A stretch of 64,000 nucleotides of DNA from an uncultured bacterium (lineage in GTDB: Bacteria > Krumholzibacteriota > Krumholzibacteriia > WVZY01 > JAKEHA01): the NCBI GenBank assembly GCA_964560355.1, contig CAZLLI010000001.1:834-64833 (forward strand). The letters run 5' to 3'. Position 1 is the stretch's first letter; every line of letters starts with the position of its first letter. The notes beneath the pieces are model-generated. The model did not search any database, had not been told where the DNA came from, and saw only the letters and a list, made by a program, of their open reading frames with translations. This document shows, piece by piece, positions 42,866-52,296 of the stretch. Both the position numbers and the translations under genes were made by a program.

Positions 42866-44269
42866 CTACGGGCTCTTCACTCTATCGAGCGCCGGCTTCT
42901 TCCATGTTCCGTCGAACGCCTCCGGCTTCGGCCAGTACAGGCGCATCGCCACGAAGAAGGGACCGTTGGGCGCGGGCAGCCAGTTCGCCTGCTTGCCCGG
43001 GCCGGGCGAGGCGTACTGAATGTACAGCGTGATGCCGCCGTCCTTGTCCTTCTTGAGCTTCGGTACCATCGGCGAGTTGATGAGGTACCGTTCGATGGGA
43101 TTCGTGATCAAGAGTCGCGTCTTGGCGTCGTACATGGTGAGTGACCAGAACGCGTTGACGGGGGGCAACTGCCCGGGCGCGAAACGTAGCGTGTACTTGT
43201 TGCCGTTCGCGTCCAGCTTCTGACCGTCGGAATCGATCACGTAGGCGGGATAGATCGCCTCTTCTTTGGAATTGCCGTAGATACCGTCGACGGCGGCCGC
43301 CATACGATAGAGGTAGTGGCTTCCGAGATACTCGCGCGTACCGAAGATGTCGGCGCTGGTAATGCGGCCCGCCGCGAGCTCCTTCTCCAGCGAGTCGTAG
43401 GCCGCCCACGCGTCGGCGCGCCCGTCTTCGATCGCCTTTGCGATCTCCGGCGCGAGCTTGGTGGCGTCGAACGTCAAGCCCGCGCCCACGCCGATGGTGG
43501 CGAAGCGTGCCATCTTCGCCTGCTCGGTGGGATGCGTGGGGCAAAACTTGAGCAGGAAGTTCAGCACGTTGAAGAACTCGAGCGACGTTCGCTCGTCCTT
43601 GGCGGAGAGCGGTTTCATGAAGTCGGCGGTGCTCGGGATCGACCCGTCGCTCGTCCTCAAGTACTGCGAGAGCGTGTACACCTTGTAACGGTTCTGGATC
43701 TCTTCGACGTTGTGCAGGTCTTTTTCGCCGAGGAGCTGCGTGCGATACCCCACCAACGCGATCTCGGTCTCGCAGCGAAAGACCTGTTTGACGTCGGGGG
43801 GTGCTTCGCCGGTCCAGTTGGGACCCGCGAGCATATACGTCCCGCCGTCGTTGCCCGTCGAGCGACTCCCGACGTACGCGAAATTGTATGTGTACAGGTC
43901 GACGAACTGCAGCGAGTAGTAGCGTCCCTCTTCGACCGGCGGGACCACGAAGACCAACGGCTCCGCGCGCAGGTCGGCGCCCACGAACGAGTACGGCGTG
44001 TCGGCGTTGGGAGTTTGGATCGACTTGTCCGCGGGCGTGTAGACGCGCGCGACGTTGAGCACCTGATTCGTCGGACCTTTGTACTCGGGGTCAGTCGTGT
44101 CGATGAAATAGGAATACAGAACGCGATAGTTGTCGACGATCGGGAAGCCGTAGATGTACGCCTCTTTCGCGATCTTGCGCACCGCCTCGGGCGAAACGGC
44201 CGGCTCCTTCGAGCACCCGGAGAGGACGAAGGCGACGAATGCCGTCGCGACCCACACGCGTGTTTTCAT
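42866..44269 (-). CDS. lipoprotein with DUF1254/DUF1214 architecture (function unknown)
   Basis: Signal peptide with lipobox MKTRVWVATAFVAFVLSGC. About 450 aa and soluble, matching the conserved two-domain DUF1254+DUF1214 family. Confidence 0.65.
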   Translation of the reverse strand: MKTRVWVATAFVAFVLSGCSKEPAVSPEAVRKIAKEAYIYGFPIVDNYRVLYSYFIDTTDPEYKGPTNQVLNVARVYTPADKSIQTPNADTPYSFVGADLRAEPLVFVVPPVEEGRYYSLQFVDLYTYNFAYVGSRSTGNDGGTYMLAGPNWTGEAPPDVKQVFRCETEIALVGYRTQLLGEKDLHNVEEIQNRYKVYTLSQYLRTSDGSIPSTADFMKPLSAKDERTSLEFFNVLNFLLKFCPTHPTEQAKMARFATIGVGAGLTFDATKLAPEIAKAIEDGRADAWAAYDSLEKELAAGRITSADIFGTREYLGSHYLYRMAAAVDGIYGNSKEEAIYPAYVIDSDGQKLDANGNKYTLRFAPGQLPPVNAFWSLTMYDAKTRLLITNPIERYLINSPMVPKLKKDKDGGITLYIQYASPGPGKQANWLPAPNGPFFVAMRLYWPKPEAFDGTWKKPALDRVKSP

Positions 44270-44330
44270 CGAATCCCTTTCGTTCGTGCCACGAAACCTT
44301 GGGTGGGAAGCGAAGGCGATGGTAGCCGAA

Positions 44331-44358
44331 CCCTGGGCGGTACGTCTACCGCCCAGGG
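44331..44358. terminator. perfect 12-bp stem / 4-nt loop hairpin downstream of the RND operon
   Basis: CCCTGGGCGGTA-cgtc-TACCGCCCAGGG. It lies 38 nt 3' of the RND permease stop (44396) and about 60 nt 5' of the DUF1254 gene start. There is no U-tract. Confidence 0.5.
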
Positions 44359-44395
44359 TCGAAGGTGGATGCGGTGTCGCGCTCGCGGCCGGCAG

Positions 44396-47300
44396 CTAGA
44401 CGGCGGCGGCGGCGGGAACCTCGTCGCCGTTCTCGTCGACCGCGCGGGCGGCCGGCGCCGTACGCTTGCGGGTTTTCGCCACGAGCGTGTAGATGGCGGG
44501 CACGAAGAACAGCGTGAAGGCGGAGCCGATGATCATGCCGCTCACCAGCATGATACCGATCGAGTTGCGCGCTCCGGCGCCGGGGCCCTTCGCGAACACG
44601 AGCGGCAAGTGACCCATGACGGTGGCGGCGGTCGTCATCAGGATGGGACGCAGTCGGGTGCCGGCGGCTTCGATGACCGCGGTGAACTTGTCGCGGCCTT
44701 CGGCCTGTAGATGGTTCGCGAACTCCACGATCAGAATGCCGTTCTTCGCCACCAAGCCCACCAGCGTGATGAGACCGACCTGGCTGTAGATGTTGAGCGT
44801 GGTCAGCCCGAGGAACGAGAACGTGAGCGCGCCCGAGAGCGCGAGCGGCACCGACCCGAACAGAATGACGAAGGGGTCGCGGAAGCTCTCGAACTGCGCG
44901 GCCAGCACCAAGTAGATGAGGATCGCCGACAGCATGAACACGGCCATGAACTTGCTGCCCTCGGTGCGCAGCTGGCGCGATTCGCCCGCGTAGTCGATAG
45001 AGTATCCGGGCGGCAGGATCTTGCGCGACTCGTCTTCGAAGTACTTGAGCGCCTTGTCGAGCGAGGTCCCCCACGCCTGCACGCCCTGGATCCGCACCGC
45101 GTTGAGCTGCTGGAAGCGCTTGAGCTCGCGCGGCTCGGTCGACGTCGAAAGGGTCGCGAACGTCGACAGCGGCACCAGTCTTCCATTCCCACCGGTCACA
45201 TAGATCTGTTCGAGCTGGTCGGGCGTCAGGCGGTCGGCACGCTTGATCTGCGGGATCACCTTGTAGCTGCGCCCTTGAATGCTGAACCGGTTGACGTAGT
45301 TGCCGCTCAAGAGCGTCGAAAGGTCGCGGCCGACTTCGGCCATGTCGACGCCTTCCGAACGCAGCTTGTCGCGGTTGAACACGACCTGCGCCTGCGGCTG
45401 GTCGAATTTCAAATCGGTGTCGGTGAACATGAACAAGCCGCTCTGGTACGACTTCATTACCAGCTGGTTGGCGAAGTCGACCAGCTGCTGCGGCTCGCCG
45501 GTGCCCATGATCACGAAGTCGACCGGGAACCCGCCGCCGCCAGGAAGCGCCGGCGGAACGATCGGGATCACGCGCACGCCGGCGATCTTGGCGAGCGCGC
45601 CCGACGATTCCATGTGCAGCTGGGCCGACGTCTTCTTGCGCTCGTTCCACGGCTTGGCCACCATGCCGCCGAAGCCTCCCGTCGGCGACGTGATCTGGAA
45701 GGTCGCCTTGGTCTCGGGGAACGAGTGGTAGACGTCGTACACCTGGGCCGCGAACAGCTTGGTCTGGTCGAGGGTCGCGTTGGCGGGCGCCTGCACGATG
45801 CCGAACACCACGCTCTGGTCCTCGTTGGGCGCGAGCTCGCGCTGCGAGAACATGTAGAACGGCACCATCAGGAGCACCACGATGGCCCAGACGGTGAACA
45901 CGATGGCGCGGTACTTGAGGACGCCGGCGAGCGTGCGCATGTAGAACTGGCGTACGATCTCGAAGTGCCGGTTGATCATGCCGGCGAAGCCCTTCTCGGT
46001 GTCGCCCGCGCGCAGCATCTTCGAACCCATCATGGGCGAGAGCGTGAGCGCGACCACGCCCGACACGATCACGGCGCCCGAAAGCGCGAACGCGAACTCG
46101 CGGAAGAGAGCGCCGGTAAGACCGCCCTGGATGGCGACCGGCGTGTACACCGCCGCCAGCGTGATGGTCATGGCGATGATGGGACCGACCAGCTCGCGCG
46201 CGGCTTTGATGGCTGCTTCGAACGGTTTCTCGCCCAGGTGTAAGTGTCGTTCGACGTTCTCCACCATGACGATGGCGTCGTCGACCACGAGACCGACCGA
46301 CAGCACGATGGCGAGCAGGGTCAACAGGTTGATGGTGAAGCCCGCCACCGCCATGATGAACACCGCGCCGATGAGCGAGATCGGAATCGCGATCACCGGG
46401 ATGATCATGGCGCGAATCGAGCCCAGGAACATGAAGATCACCGCGATGACGATCAAGAGCGTCTCGCTCAAGGTCTTCAGCACTTCGCGGATGGCGTGGT
46501 CGATGTACTCGGTGGCGTCGTACGGGATGCCCGCCTTCATGCCCGCCGGCAGCTGCGCCTCGATCTCCGGCATGGCGTCGCGCACGCGCTTGATGACTTC
46601 GAGCGAGTTGGCGGTGGGCAGCACCCAGATGCCGATGAACGTCGCGGCCTCGCCGTTGAAGCGCACCTCGGATTCGTAGTTCTCCGCGCCCAGCACGACG
46701 TCGGCGATCTCGCCCAGTCGCACCACCACGCCGTTCTCTTCCTTGACCACGAGTTCCTTGAACTCGTCGACGGTCTTGAGGTTGGTGTTGGCGACCAAGT
46801 TCACCGACGTCATCGTGCCCTTGGTGCTGCCGAGCGCCGACAGGTAGTTGTTGGCGGCCAGCGCGTCGTGCACCTCGGAGGGCGAAATGTTGAGCGCCGC
46901 CATCTTGTCGGGCTTGAGCCACACGCGCATCGCGAAGGTGCGCCCGCCCAGGATGTCGGCGCGCTGCACGCCGCTGATCGACGAGAGCTTGGGCTGCACG
47001 ACGCGCGTCAGGTAGTCGGTGATCTGGTTTTCGTCCAAGTCGGTCGACGAAAACCCGAGGTACATCGACGCGAACTGGCTGTCCGCCGTCTCCAGGTTGA
47101 TGATGGGCGCTTCCGCCTCCGGCGGAAGGTCGTTGCGCACCTGCGCCACCTTGGACTGGATTTGCGTCAGCGCGGCGTTGGTGTCGTAGTTGAGCTTGAG
47201 GTGCACCGTGATGGTGCTCATGCTCTGCGCGCTCGACGACTCGATGTAGTCGATGCCGTCCGCGCTCGCGATCACGCGCTCGAGCGGCGTCGTGATGAAG

Positions 47301-47482
47301 CCGCGCACGAGGTCGGCGTTGGCGCCGATGTACGCCGTGGTGACGTTGATCACCGCGATGTCGCTGCGCGGGTACTGACGCACGGACAGCGAGCGAATCG
47401 ACTGCAACCCGGCGATCAGAATCACCAGGTTGACGACCATCGCGAGGACGGGTCGTCGGATGAAGAGATCCGTGAACTTCAT
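44396..47482 (-). CDS. RND-family efflux transporter permease (HAE1, AcrB-like)
   Basis: 1028 aa, 12 TM with two large periplasmic loops. N-terminus MKFTDLFIRRPVLAMVVNLVILIAGL is canonical AcrB-type. Confidence 0.9.
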   Translation of the reverse strand: MKFTDLFIRRPVLAMVVNLVILIAGLQSIRSLSVRQYPRSDIAVINVTTAYIGANADLVRGFITTPLERVIASADGIDYIESSSAQSMSTITVHLKLNYDTNAALTQIQSKVAQVRNDLPPEAEAPIINLETADSQFASMYLGFSSTDLDENQITDYLTRVVQPKLSSISGVQRADILGGRTFAMRVWLKPDKMAALNISPSEVHDALAANNYLSALGSTKGTMTSVNLVANTNLKTVDEFKELVVKEENGVVVRLGEIADVVLGAENYESEVRFNGEAATFIGIWVLPTANSLEVIKRVRDAMPEIEAQLPAGMKAGIPYDATEYIDHAIREVLKTLSETLLIVIAVIFMFLGSIRAMIIPVIAIPISLIGAVFIMAVAGFTINLLTLLAIVLSVGLVVDDAIVMVENVERHLHLGEKPFEAAIKAARELVGPIIAMTITLAAVYTPVAIQGGLTGALFREFAFALSGAVIVSGVVALTLSPMMGSKMLRAGDTEKGFAGMINRHFEIVRQFYMRTLAGVLKYRAIVFTVWAIVVLLMVPFYMFSQRELAPNEDQSVVFGIVQAPANATLDQTKLFAAQVYDVYHSFPETKATFQITSPTGGFGGMVAKPWNERKKTSAQLHMESSGALAKIAGVRVIPIVPPALPGGGGFPVDFVIMGTGEPQQLVDFANQLVMKSYQSGLFMFTDTDLKFDQPQAQVVFNRDKLRSEGVDMAEVGRDLSTLLSGNYVNRFSIQGRSYKVIPQIKRADRLTPDQLEQIYVTGGNGRLVPLSTFATLSTSTEPRELKRFQQLNAVRIQGVQAWGTSLDKALKYFEDESRKILPPGYSIDYAGESRQLRTEGSKFMAVFMLSAILIYLVLAAQFESFRDPFVILFGSVPLALSGALTFSFLGLTTLNIYSQVGLITLVGLVAKNGILIVEFANHLQAEGRDKFTAVIEAAGTRLRPILMTTAATVMGHLPLVFAKGPGAGARNSIGIMLVSGMIIGSAFTLFFVPAIYTLVAKTRKRTAPAARAVDENGDEVPAAAAV

Positions 47483-48604
47483 TTAGCTGTCCTCGGGCTT
47501 GGGCGCGGGGTCGTTCGACGGCGTCACCGAGTTGTTCACTTCTACCGCGGCGCCGGGGCGCAGCTTGAACACGCCCGACGACACGACCTCTTCGCCCGGC
47601 TTGACGCCGGAGAGCACCGCGACCTGGTCGCCGCGGCCGCTACCGAGCTTCACGAACTGCTGGCGCACGCCCTTGTAGGTCTTGCCGTCTTGCCCCGTCA
47701 CGTCTTCGACGATGAACACCGAGTCGCCGTAGGGCGCGTAGTTGATGGCCGAGACCGGTAGCGCGATGACGCTGTCTTGCTGGCTACCCATCACCTGCAC
47801 TTCGACGAACATGCCCGGGCGCAGCTTGCCGTTGTTATTGCGGAACGACGCCTGCACTTCGACGTTGCGCGTGTCGGGGTCAATCAGCGAATTGATCGCG
47901 GTGACCTTGCCGGTGCCGGCGGTGCCGTCGATGCCGTCGGTGGTCACGTGCACGTCGGCGCCGACCTTGAGCATGGCGACGTCCTGCTGCGGCACCCCGA
48001 AGTTGACGTAGATGGGGTCGAGCGACTGCAGCGGCACGATGGCGTCGCCGCCCGCGAGGTACTGACCCAGGTTCACCTGGCGAATGCCGAGAATCCCCGT
48101 GAACGGCGCGCGGATGGTCTTGCGCGCGATGATGGCGCGGTACGACTCCGCGGTCGCGATGGCTTTCTTCGCCTCCGCTTCCCAGCTGTCGTACTCGGCC
48201 TGCGAGATGACCGCCTTCTCGCGCAGCTCCTTGGCGCGGTCGAGGTTCATCTTGGCGAGGTCGGCCTGCGCTTCCGCGGCCGCAAGCTGCGCCTTCTCCT
48301 GGCTCGTATCGAGGCGCACCAGCACTTCGCCTTCTTTCACCCAGCGACCGGAGTCGAACGTGATCTCGGTCACGACGCCGGGGAGGTCGGCACTCAGGGT
48401 GACGCCCTGCACCGCGACCACGGTGCCGATCGCGTTGTGGCTGGCGAGCCAGCTCTCCTCTTTCGCGACCACCGTCGTCACCGCTTCTGGCGGCTGCGAC
48501 CACGGCGTGCTCATCGCCACTTTGATCTGGTGATACTTGGCGTATGCGAGCCCCGCGATGATCACGAGCAGGATACCAATCGAAATGAAGAATCGCTTTC
48601 GCAT
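47483..48604 (-). CDS. RND efflux membrane fusion protein (AcrA/HlyD family)
   Basis: 373 aa. N-terminal anchor, coiled-coil (…EKAQLAAAEAQADLAKMNLDRAKEL…), lipoyl and beta-barrel domains. Its stop abuts the permease start (47482/47483). Confidence 0.85.
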   Translation of the reverse strand: MRKRFFISIGILLVIIAGLAYAKYHQIKVAMSTPWSQPPEAVTTVVAKEESWLASHNAIGTVVAVQGVTLSADLPGVVTEITFDSGRWVKEGEVLVRLDTSQEKAQLAAAEAQADLAKMNLDRAKELREKAVISQAEYDSWEAEAKKAIATAESYRAIIARKTIRAPFTGILGIRQVNLGQYLAGGDAIVPLQSLDPIYVNFGVPQQDVAMLKVGADVHVTTDGIDGTAGTGKVTAINSLIDPDTRNVEVQASFRNNNGKLRPGMFVEVQVMGSQQDSVIALPVSAINYAPYGDSVFIVEDVTGQDGKTYKGVRQQFVKLGSGRGDQVAVLSGVKPGEEVVSSGVFKLRPGAAVEVNNSVTPSNDPAPKPEDS

Positions 48605-48922
48605 GTCGAGAAGCCCCTCCTACCAGGGCATGGATCGAAGTATCGCTTGGAGGGCGACACCGGAATTTCGAATCAGAATAGAACGAGCGGCCCGCGCAAG
48701 CGGGCACCCATACTTCGTGGGCCCGACGAACCGCTTTGGTGACAGAAAGAGGCGGTGCGGACTGCGGCCCGATTAAGATACAGCCTAGGATGTACTTCGG
48801 GCAATCGGGGGAAAATCTTTGAGAAAGTTTTTCGCGCCCGAGCCGGGCGCGGCGACCCCGCCGGGAAGTCGTGCATAGTTTTGCTACGAAATCCCCCCGT
48901 CATTATAGGGGGGCTCGCCGGG

Positions 48923-49294
48923 CTACCCCCCGCTCAACCACGCCACCGCGCTCTCGAAGTCGCGGAAGACCTCCACGTCGACGCCGACAGCACCGCTGTA
49001 CACCGAGCCCAGCCGGCTCAACCCGAAGTGCACGTCGCTCGACGCCACCACCGCCGCGCGCCCGCCGACCCGGTCCCCGTACGGACCGATGTACTCCGCG
49101 ACGCGACGGATGTCGGCGACCGCCGCCGTGGCGAGCGTCTCCGAGCGACGCACGTCGGCGATGAGCGCGACCGGATTCGGACACAACGGGTCGTTCATCG
49201 CCGTGACGAACGTCTTGATGACGTCGTCGGGCTCGTACGTCCCGACCAATTCCAATTTGAGCAGGTTCCCGTGAAAGGAATACGTCACCGGCAT
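48923..49294 (-). CDS. small hypothetical protein (about 123 aa; possibly STAS-like)
   Basis: MPVTYSFHGNLLKLELVGTYEPDDV… lies inside the longer ORF 48923..50329. The tail …VEVFRDFESAVAWLSGG resembles anti-sigma antagonist/STAS C-termini. A CCCCCC-gtcattata-GGGGGG hairpin follows the stop (48893..48915). Confidence 0.4.
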   Translation of the reverse strand: MPVTYSFHGNLLKLELVGTYEPDDVIKTFVTAMNDPLCPNPVALIADVRRSETLATAAVADIRRVAEYIGPYGDRVGGRAAVVASSDVHFGLSRLGSVYSGAVGVDVEVFRDFESAVAWLSGG

Positions 49295-49320
49295 GGGGGG
49301 CACCTCACACTGCAGAGGGA

Positions 49321-52221
49321 CTACTTGAGCAACACCATCTTGCGCGTCATCCGCTGACCGTCGACGTCGAGCACGCAGAAGTATACGCCGCTCGACACCG
49401 ATCCGCCGTTGCGATCTTTTCCATCCCACACCGCGGCGTGCGACCCGGCCGGGAAGGTCTGGTCCACCAGCGTACGCACGACGCGCCCCGACGTGTCGAG
49501 CACGAACAGGCGCACGCGCGACGCCGCCGGGACGTCGAACGGAATCGTCGTTTGCGGATTGAACGGGTTGGGGTGGTTCTGTCCCAGCGCGAGCGTGAGC
49601 GCAGCCGTGGTCACGGTCGCGGTCGGCGAGCGGTACTCGCTCCCCTCGCGCGTGCGCACCACCAGATCGTAGTGGTACGTGGTGCTGGGCTCTACGCCGC
49701 GGTCGACGAACGAGCGCGTGTCGTCGGCGGGGCCTTGCGCCACCACGACCGGCGTCGCGGCGCCGGCGTCGCGGCGGTACAGCGTGTACGTCGCCATGGG
49801 TTCGTCGCTCGAGAAGTTCCAGCTCACTTCGACGGCGGAGCCCGCGCGCACGGCTTCGAAGCGCGTGATCAAGACCGGGGTCGGGCCGCCGTCGCGGTTG
49901 ACGGGAATCACGACGTCGTTGGCGCCGGCGAAATCGTCGACGAAATACGAAAGGCGCGCGTATCCCGGCGTGCCCTGCGGCAGCACGAAGCGAAGCTCGA
50001 GCACCGCGACGGCGAAGTTGGCTGGCACGCCCGAGAGCGTGTAGGCCCCGATACGACGCGACCACGGAATCGGAATCGGAACCGGGATCGGCGCCGGGTA
50101 AACCGCGAGTGCCTCCCAGCCGAGGGTCGCACCGATGCGCGACGCCCGAATGAACGACACGGTGGGATCGGTGCTCACGGTGAACGCGAACGATTGCAGC
50201 GACGGAATTCCCGACGCAAACACTTGGGTGATGAGCGTGTCGCCTTCCGCCCAGGTCGGGTACGCGAACACGGTCGGCGTGGTCGGATTCGCCGGCGCCG
50301 CGGCGGCAGCCCCGCCGCAGAACGTGCACGACCCATCGACCGCTTGCTTGTGGATGCAGCGCGCGTCGCGCGGCGTCACAATGCTATTACAGTCGACGTC
50401 GGCGCGCCGGTCGGACCCGGTGCCCCCGCACGCCGCGCCCACGGCAAGCTGGAGCGCGCACTGCGCGTCGTCGACGGTGAGCGATCCGTCGCCGTTGACG
50501 TCGCCGTCGCCGGTCCCGCCCGGTACCACGGTGAACGACCACAACGGGCCGATCGTCAGGTTGGCCCCGTCGAACACGTCGATGCGCCAGTAGTACCGCA
50601 TCCCCACCGTGAGCGTGCCCGGGGCGTAGGAGCGCGACGGCCAATCGGCGGCGACGGCGGGGGGCGACGTCGTCGTCCCGAAGTAGACGACATGCGTCAG
50701 CGGGTCGCCGTTGGGGTCCGTCGACGACCAGGTCAAGACGGAGAGCGGGAACGCGATCCCGCCGTTGGGCGGGGACGGGTTGAAGGCCGGGTTGGGCGGA
50801 GAATTGTTGGCGCGCGTGCGGAAGGTCCACACCGGTCCGTCGCTCTGTGCGCCGAGCGGATCGCGCGCCATGACGCGCCAGAAGTACGACGTGTTGGGAA
50901 GCAGGGTGCCGGGATCGTACGAACGCGTCGTCAACCCGGGGCCGGCCAGGGGCGGGTTCGAATCCGTGCCGAAATACACGTCGAAGGTGAGCGGGTCGGC
51001 GTCGGGGTCGAAGCACGACCACGTCAGCCCGGGATCGAGCGAGACGTTGTCGGCCCCGTGGACGGGATTGGGGTTGTAGGGAATCACGGGCTGGCCGTTG
51101 GCCTCGCGCGTGGTGAACGTCCACGTCGGCCCCGATGTCTCCGCCAGCCCGTCACTGGCGACGACGCGCCAATAGTAGGGCGTGTCGGGCGCGAGGACGC
51201 CGGGCGTGTACTCGGGCTGCAAGACGTCCTCCGCGACCAAGGGCGGATTCGGCGACGTGCCGAGGTAGACGTCAAAGGTCAGCACGTCGTTGTCGATGTC
51301 GCCCGCCCCCCAGAAGAGGGTCGCGTTCAGCTGGACGCCGCTCTGACCGCTGATCGGGTGCGGGCTCTCGGGCGGAAACGGCGGCGTGTTGCTCGCGCGC
51401 GTGGTAAACGCCCACACCGGCCCCGACGATTCGAGTCCGAGCGCGTCGCGCGCAACCACGCGCCAGTAGTGCTGGGTGAACGGCGCGAGCGCGGCCGGGA
51501 CGTAGTTCGGCTCCGAAAGGTGCGACGCGACCAAGGGCGGCGACGGCGTGGTGCCGATATAGATGTCGTAGTCCACCAGGTTGCCGTCGACATCGTCCGC
51601 GTACCAATTCATGAACGGGCGCGTGCTCGACCCCGCAGTATTGTCTTGCGGGAACGGATTCGACGGCGCGTAGGGCGCGCTGTTGCCGAGGCACGCGCAC
51701 GACGCGTCCGCGTTCATGTGACTGGTGACGCCGGCGATGGGAAGGTCCTGAAACGCGCAGTCGCTCGCGGACAGCGTCTCCAGCGCGGGGTCGGGGATGA
51801 TCGGATAGGGGCAGCACGACGCGGTCGCGCCGCCGGTTTGGTAGTAGACGATCTGCAGCACGTTGACGGGATCGTCGACGCACTGCGAGAGCGCGACCGA
51901 CACGCCGGTCTGCGAATTCCCGAGTACGAGCGCGGCGCTGGCCGCTTGGTCGTAGAGATAGGTGGCGCCGTAGCACGCGGGTAGTGGTGCGGCGAATTGG
52001 ACCGCGGTGACGCCGCGCGGGTCGGGACGAACGACGACGTACGCGGTGACGTAGCCGGGCGCGTCGCCGCTGAACGAGCACGAGTTCCCGGACGCGTCGC
52101 TATAGAGGCCGATGGAAGCGTTCTGCGCGCGGGCGGACGTCGCCGCCATGCAAATCGAAAGGAGAAGTGCCGCCCGAACGAGTCGCGCGGCGAAACCGCG
52201 TGGCCAGAAGAACTCCGGCAT
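49321..52221 (-). CDS. giant secreted T9SS-cargo protein (paralog 1): Cys-rich N-domain + 4 FN3-like repeats + dockerin-like segment + type-A CTD
   Basis: Signal peptide MPEFFWPRGFAARLVRAALLLSICMAATSARAQ. Conserved Cys-rich domain at aa 33-177. Four repeats of the form DPDGDxLTFDVYFGT…PPLV…YYWRVVARD…GPxWxFTT. GDGDVNGDGSLTVDDAQCA…ADVDCNSIVTPRDARC is a paired dockerin-like Ca loop. The C-terminus …GQNHPNPFNPQTTIPFDVP…SGVYFCVLDVDGQRMTRKMVLLK is the Por secretion-system sorting domain. Confidence 0.85.
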   Translation of the reverse strand: MPEFFWPRGFAARLVRAALLLSICMAATSARAQNASIGLYSDASGNSCSFSGDAPGYVTAYVVVRPDPRGVTAVQFAAPLPACYGATYLYDQAASAALVLGNSQTGVSVALSQCVDDPVNVLQIVYYQTGGATASCCPYPIIPDPALETLSASDCAFQDLPIAGVTSHMNADASCACLGNSAPYAPSNPFPQDNTAGSSTRPFMNWYADDVDGNLVDYDIYIGTTPSPPLVASHLSEPNYVPAALAPFTQHYWRVVARDALGLESSGPVWAFTTRASNTPPFPPESPHPISGQSGVQLNATLFWGAGDIDNDVLTFDVYLGTSPNPPLVAEDVLQPEYTPGVLAPDTPYYWRVVASDGLAETSGPTWTFTTREANGQPVIPYNPNPVHGADNVSLDPGLTWSCFDPDADPLTFDVYFGTDSNPPLAGPGLTTRSYDPGTLLPNTSYFWRVMARDPLGAQSDGPVWTFRTRANNSPPNPAFNPSPPNGGIAFPLSVLTWSSTDPNGDPLTHVVYFGTTTSPPAVAADWPSRSYAPGTLTVGMRYYWRIDVFDGANLTIGPLWSFTVVPGGTGDGDVNGDGSLTVDDAQCALQLAVGAACGGTGSDRRADVDCNSIVTPRDARCIHKQAVDGSCTFCGGAAAAAPANPTTPTVFAYPTWAEGDTLITQVFASGIPSLQSFAFTVSTDPTVSFIRASRIGATLGWEALAVYPAPIPVPIPIPWSRRIGAYTLSGVPANFAVAVLELRFVLPQGTPGYARLSYFVDDFAGANDVVIPVNRDGGPTPVLITRFEAVRAGSAVEVSWNFSSDEPMATYTLYRRDAGAATPVVVAQGPADDTRSFVDRGVEPSTTYHYDLVVRTREGSEYRSPTATVTTAALTLALGQNHPNPFNPQTTIPFDVPAASRVRLFVLDTSGRVVRTLVDQTFPAGSHAAVWDGKDRNGGSVSSGVYFCVLDVDGQRMTRKMVLLK

Positions 52222-52293
52222 GGGTATCCGACGCCGGGTTGGAACTGTGGCGTCGCAAGGAAGTGTACACCGCGCGCTAAAACGCCGTCAATG
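51700..52293. repeat. about 0.6-kb direct repeat, copy A (partner at 54700..55293, offset exactly 3000 bp)
   Basis: Aligning 51795..52278 against 54795..55278 by eye shows essentially 100% identity. A few mismatches occur in 51700..51795 and after 52278. The repeat covers the 5'UTR, start codon, signal peptide and Cys-rich domain of paralog 1. Confidence 0.85.
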
Positions 52294-52296
52294 AGC

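Noticed and set aside
48605-48922. 318-bp intergenic upstream of the RND operon, considered as a TetR-family regulator gene or ncRNA
   Set aside because: There is no ORF with an HTH-like translation. It contains only small hairpins (e.g. GCCCGC-gcaa-GCGGGC). It is most simply the promoter/5'UTR of the MFP gene.
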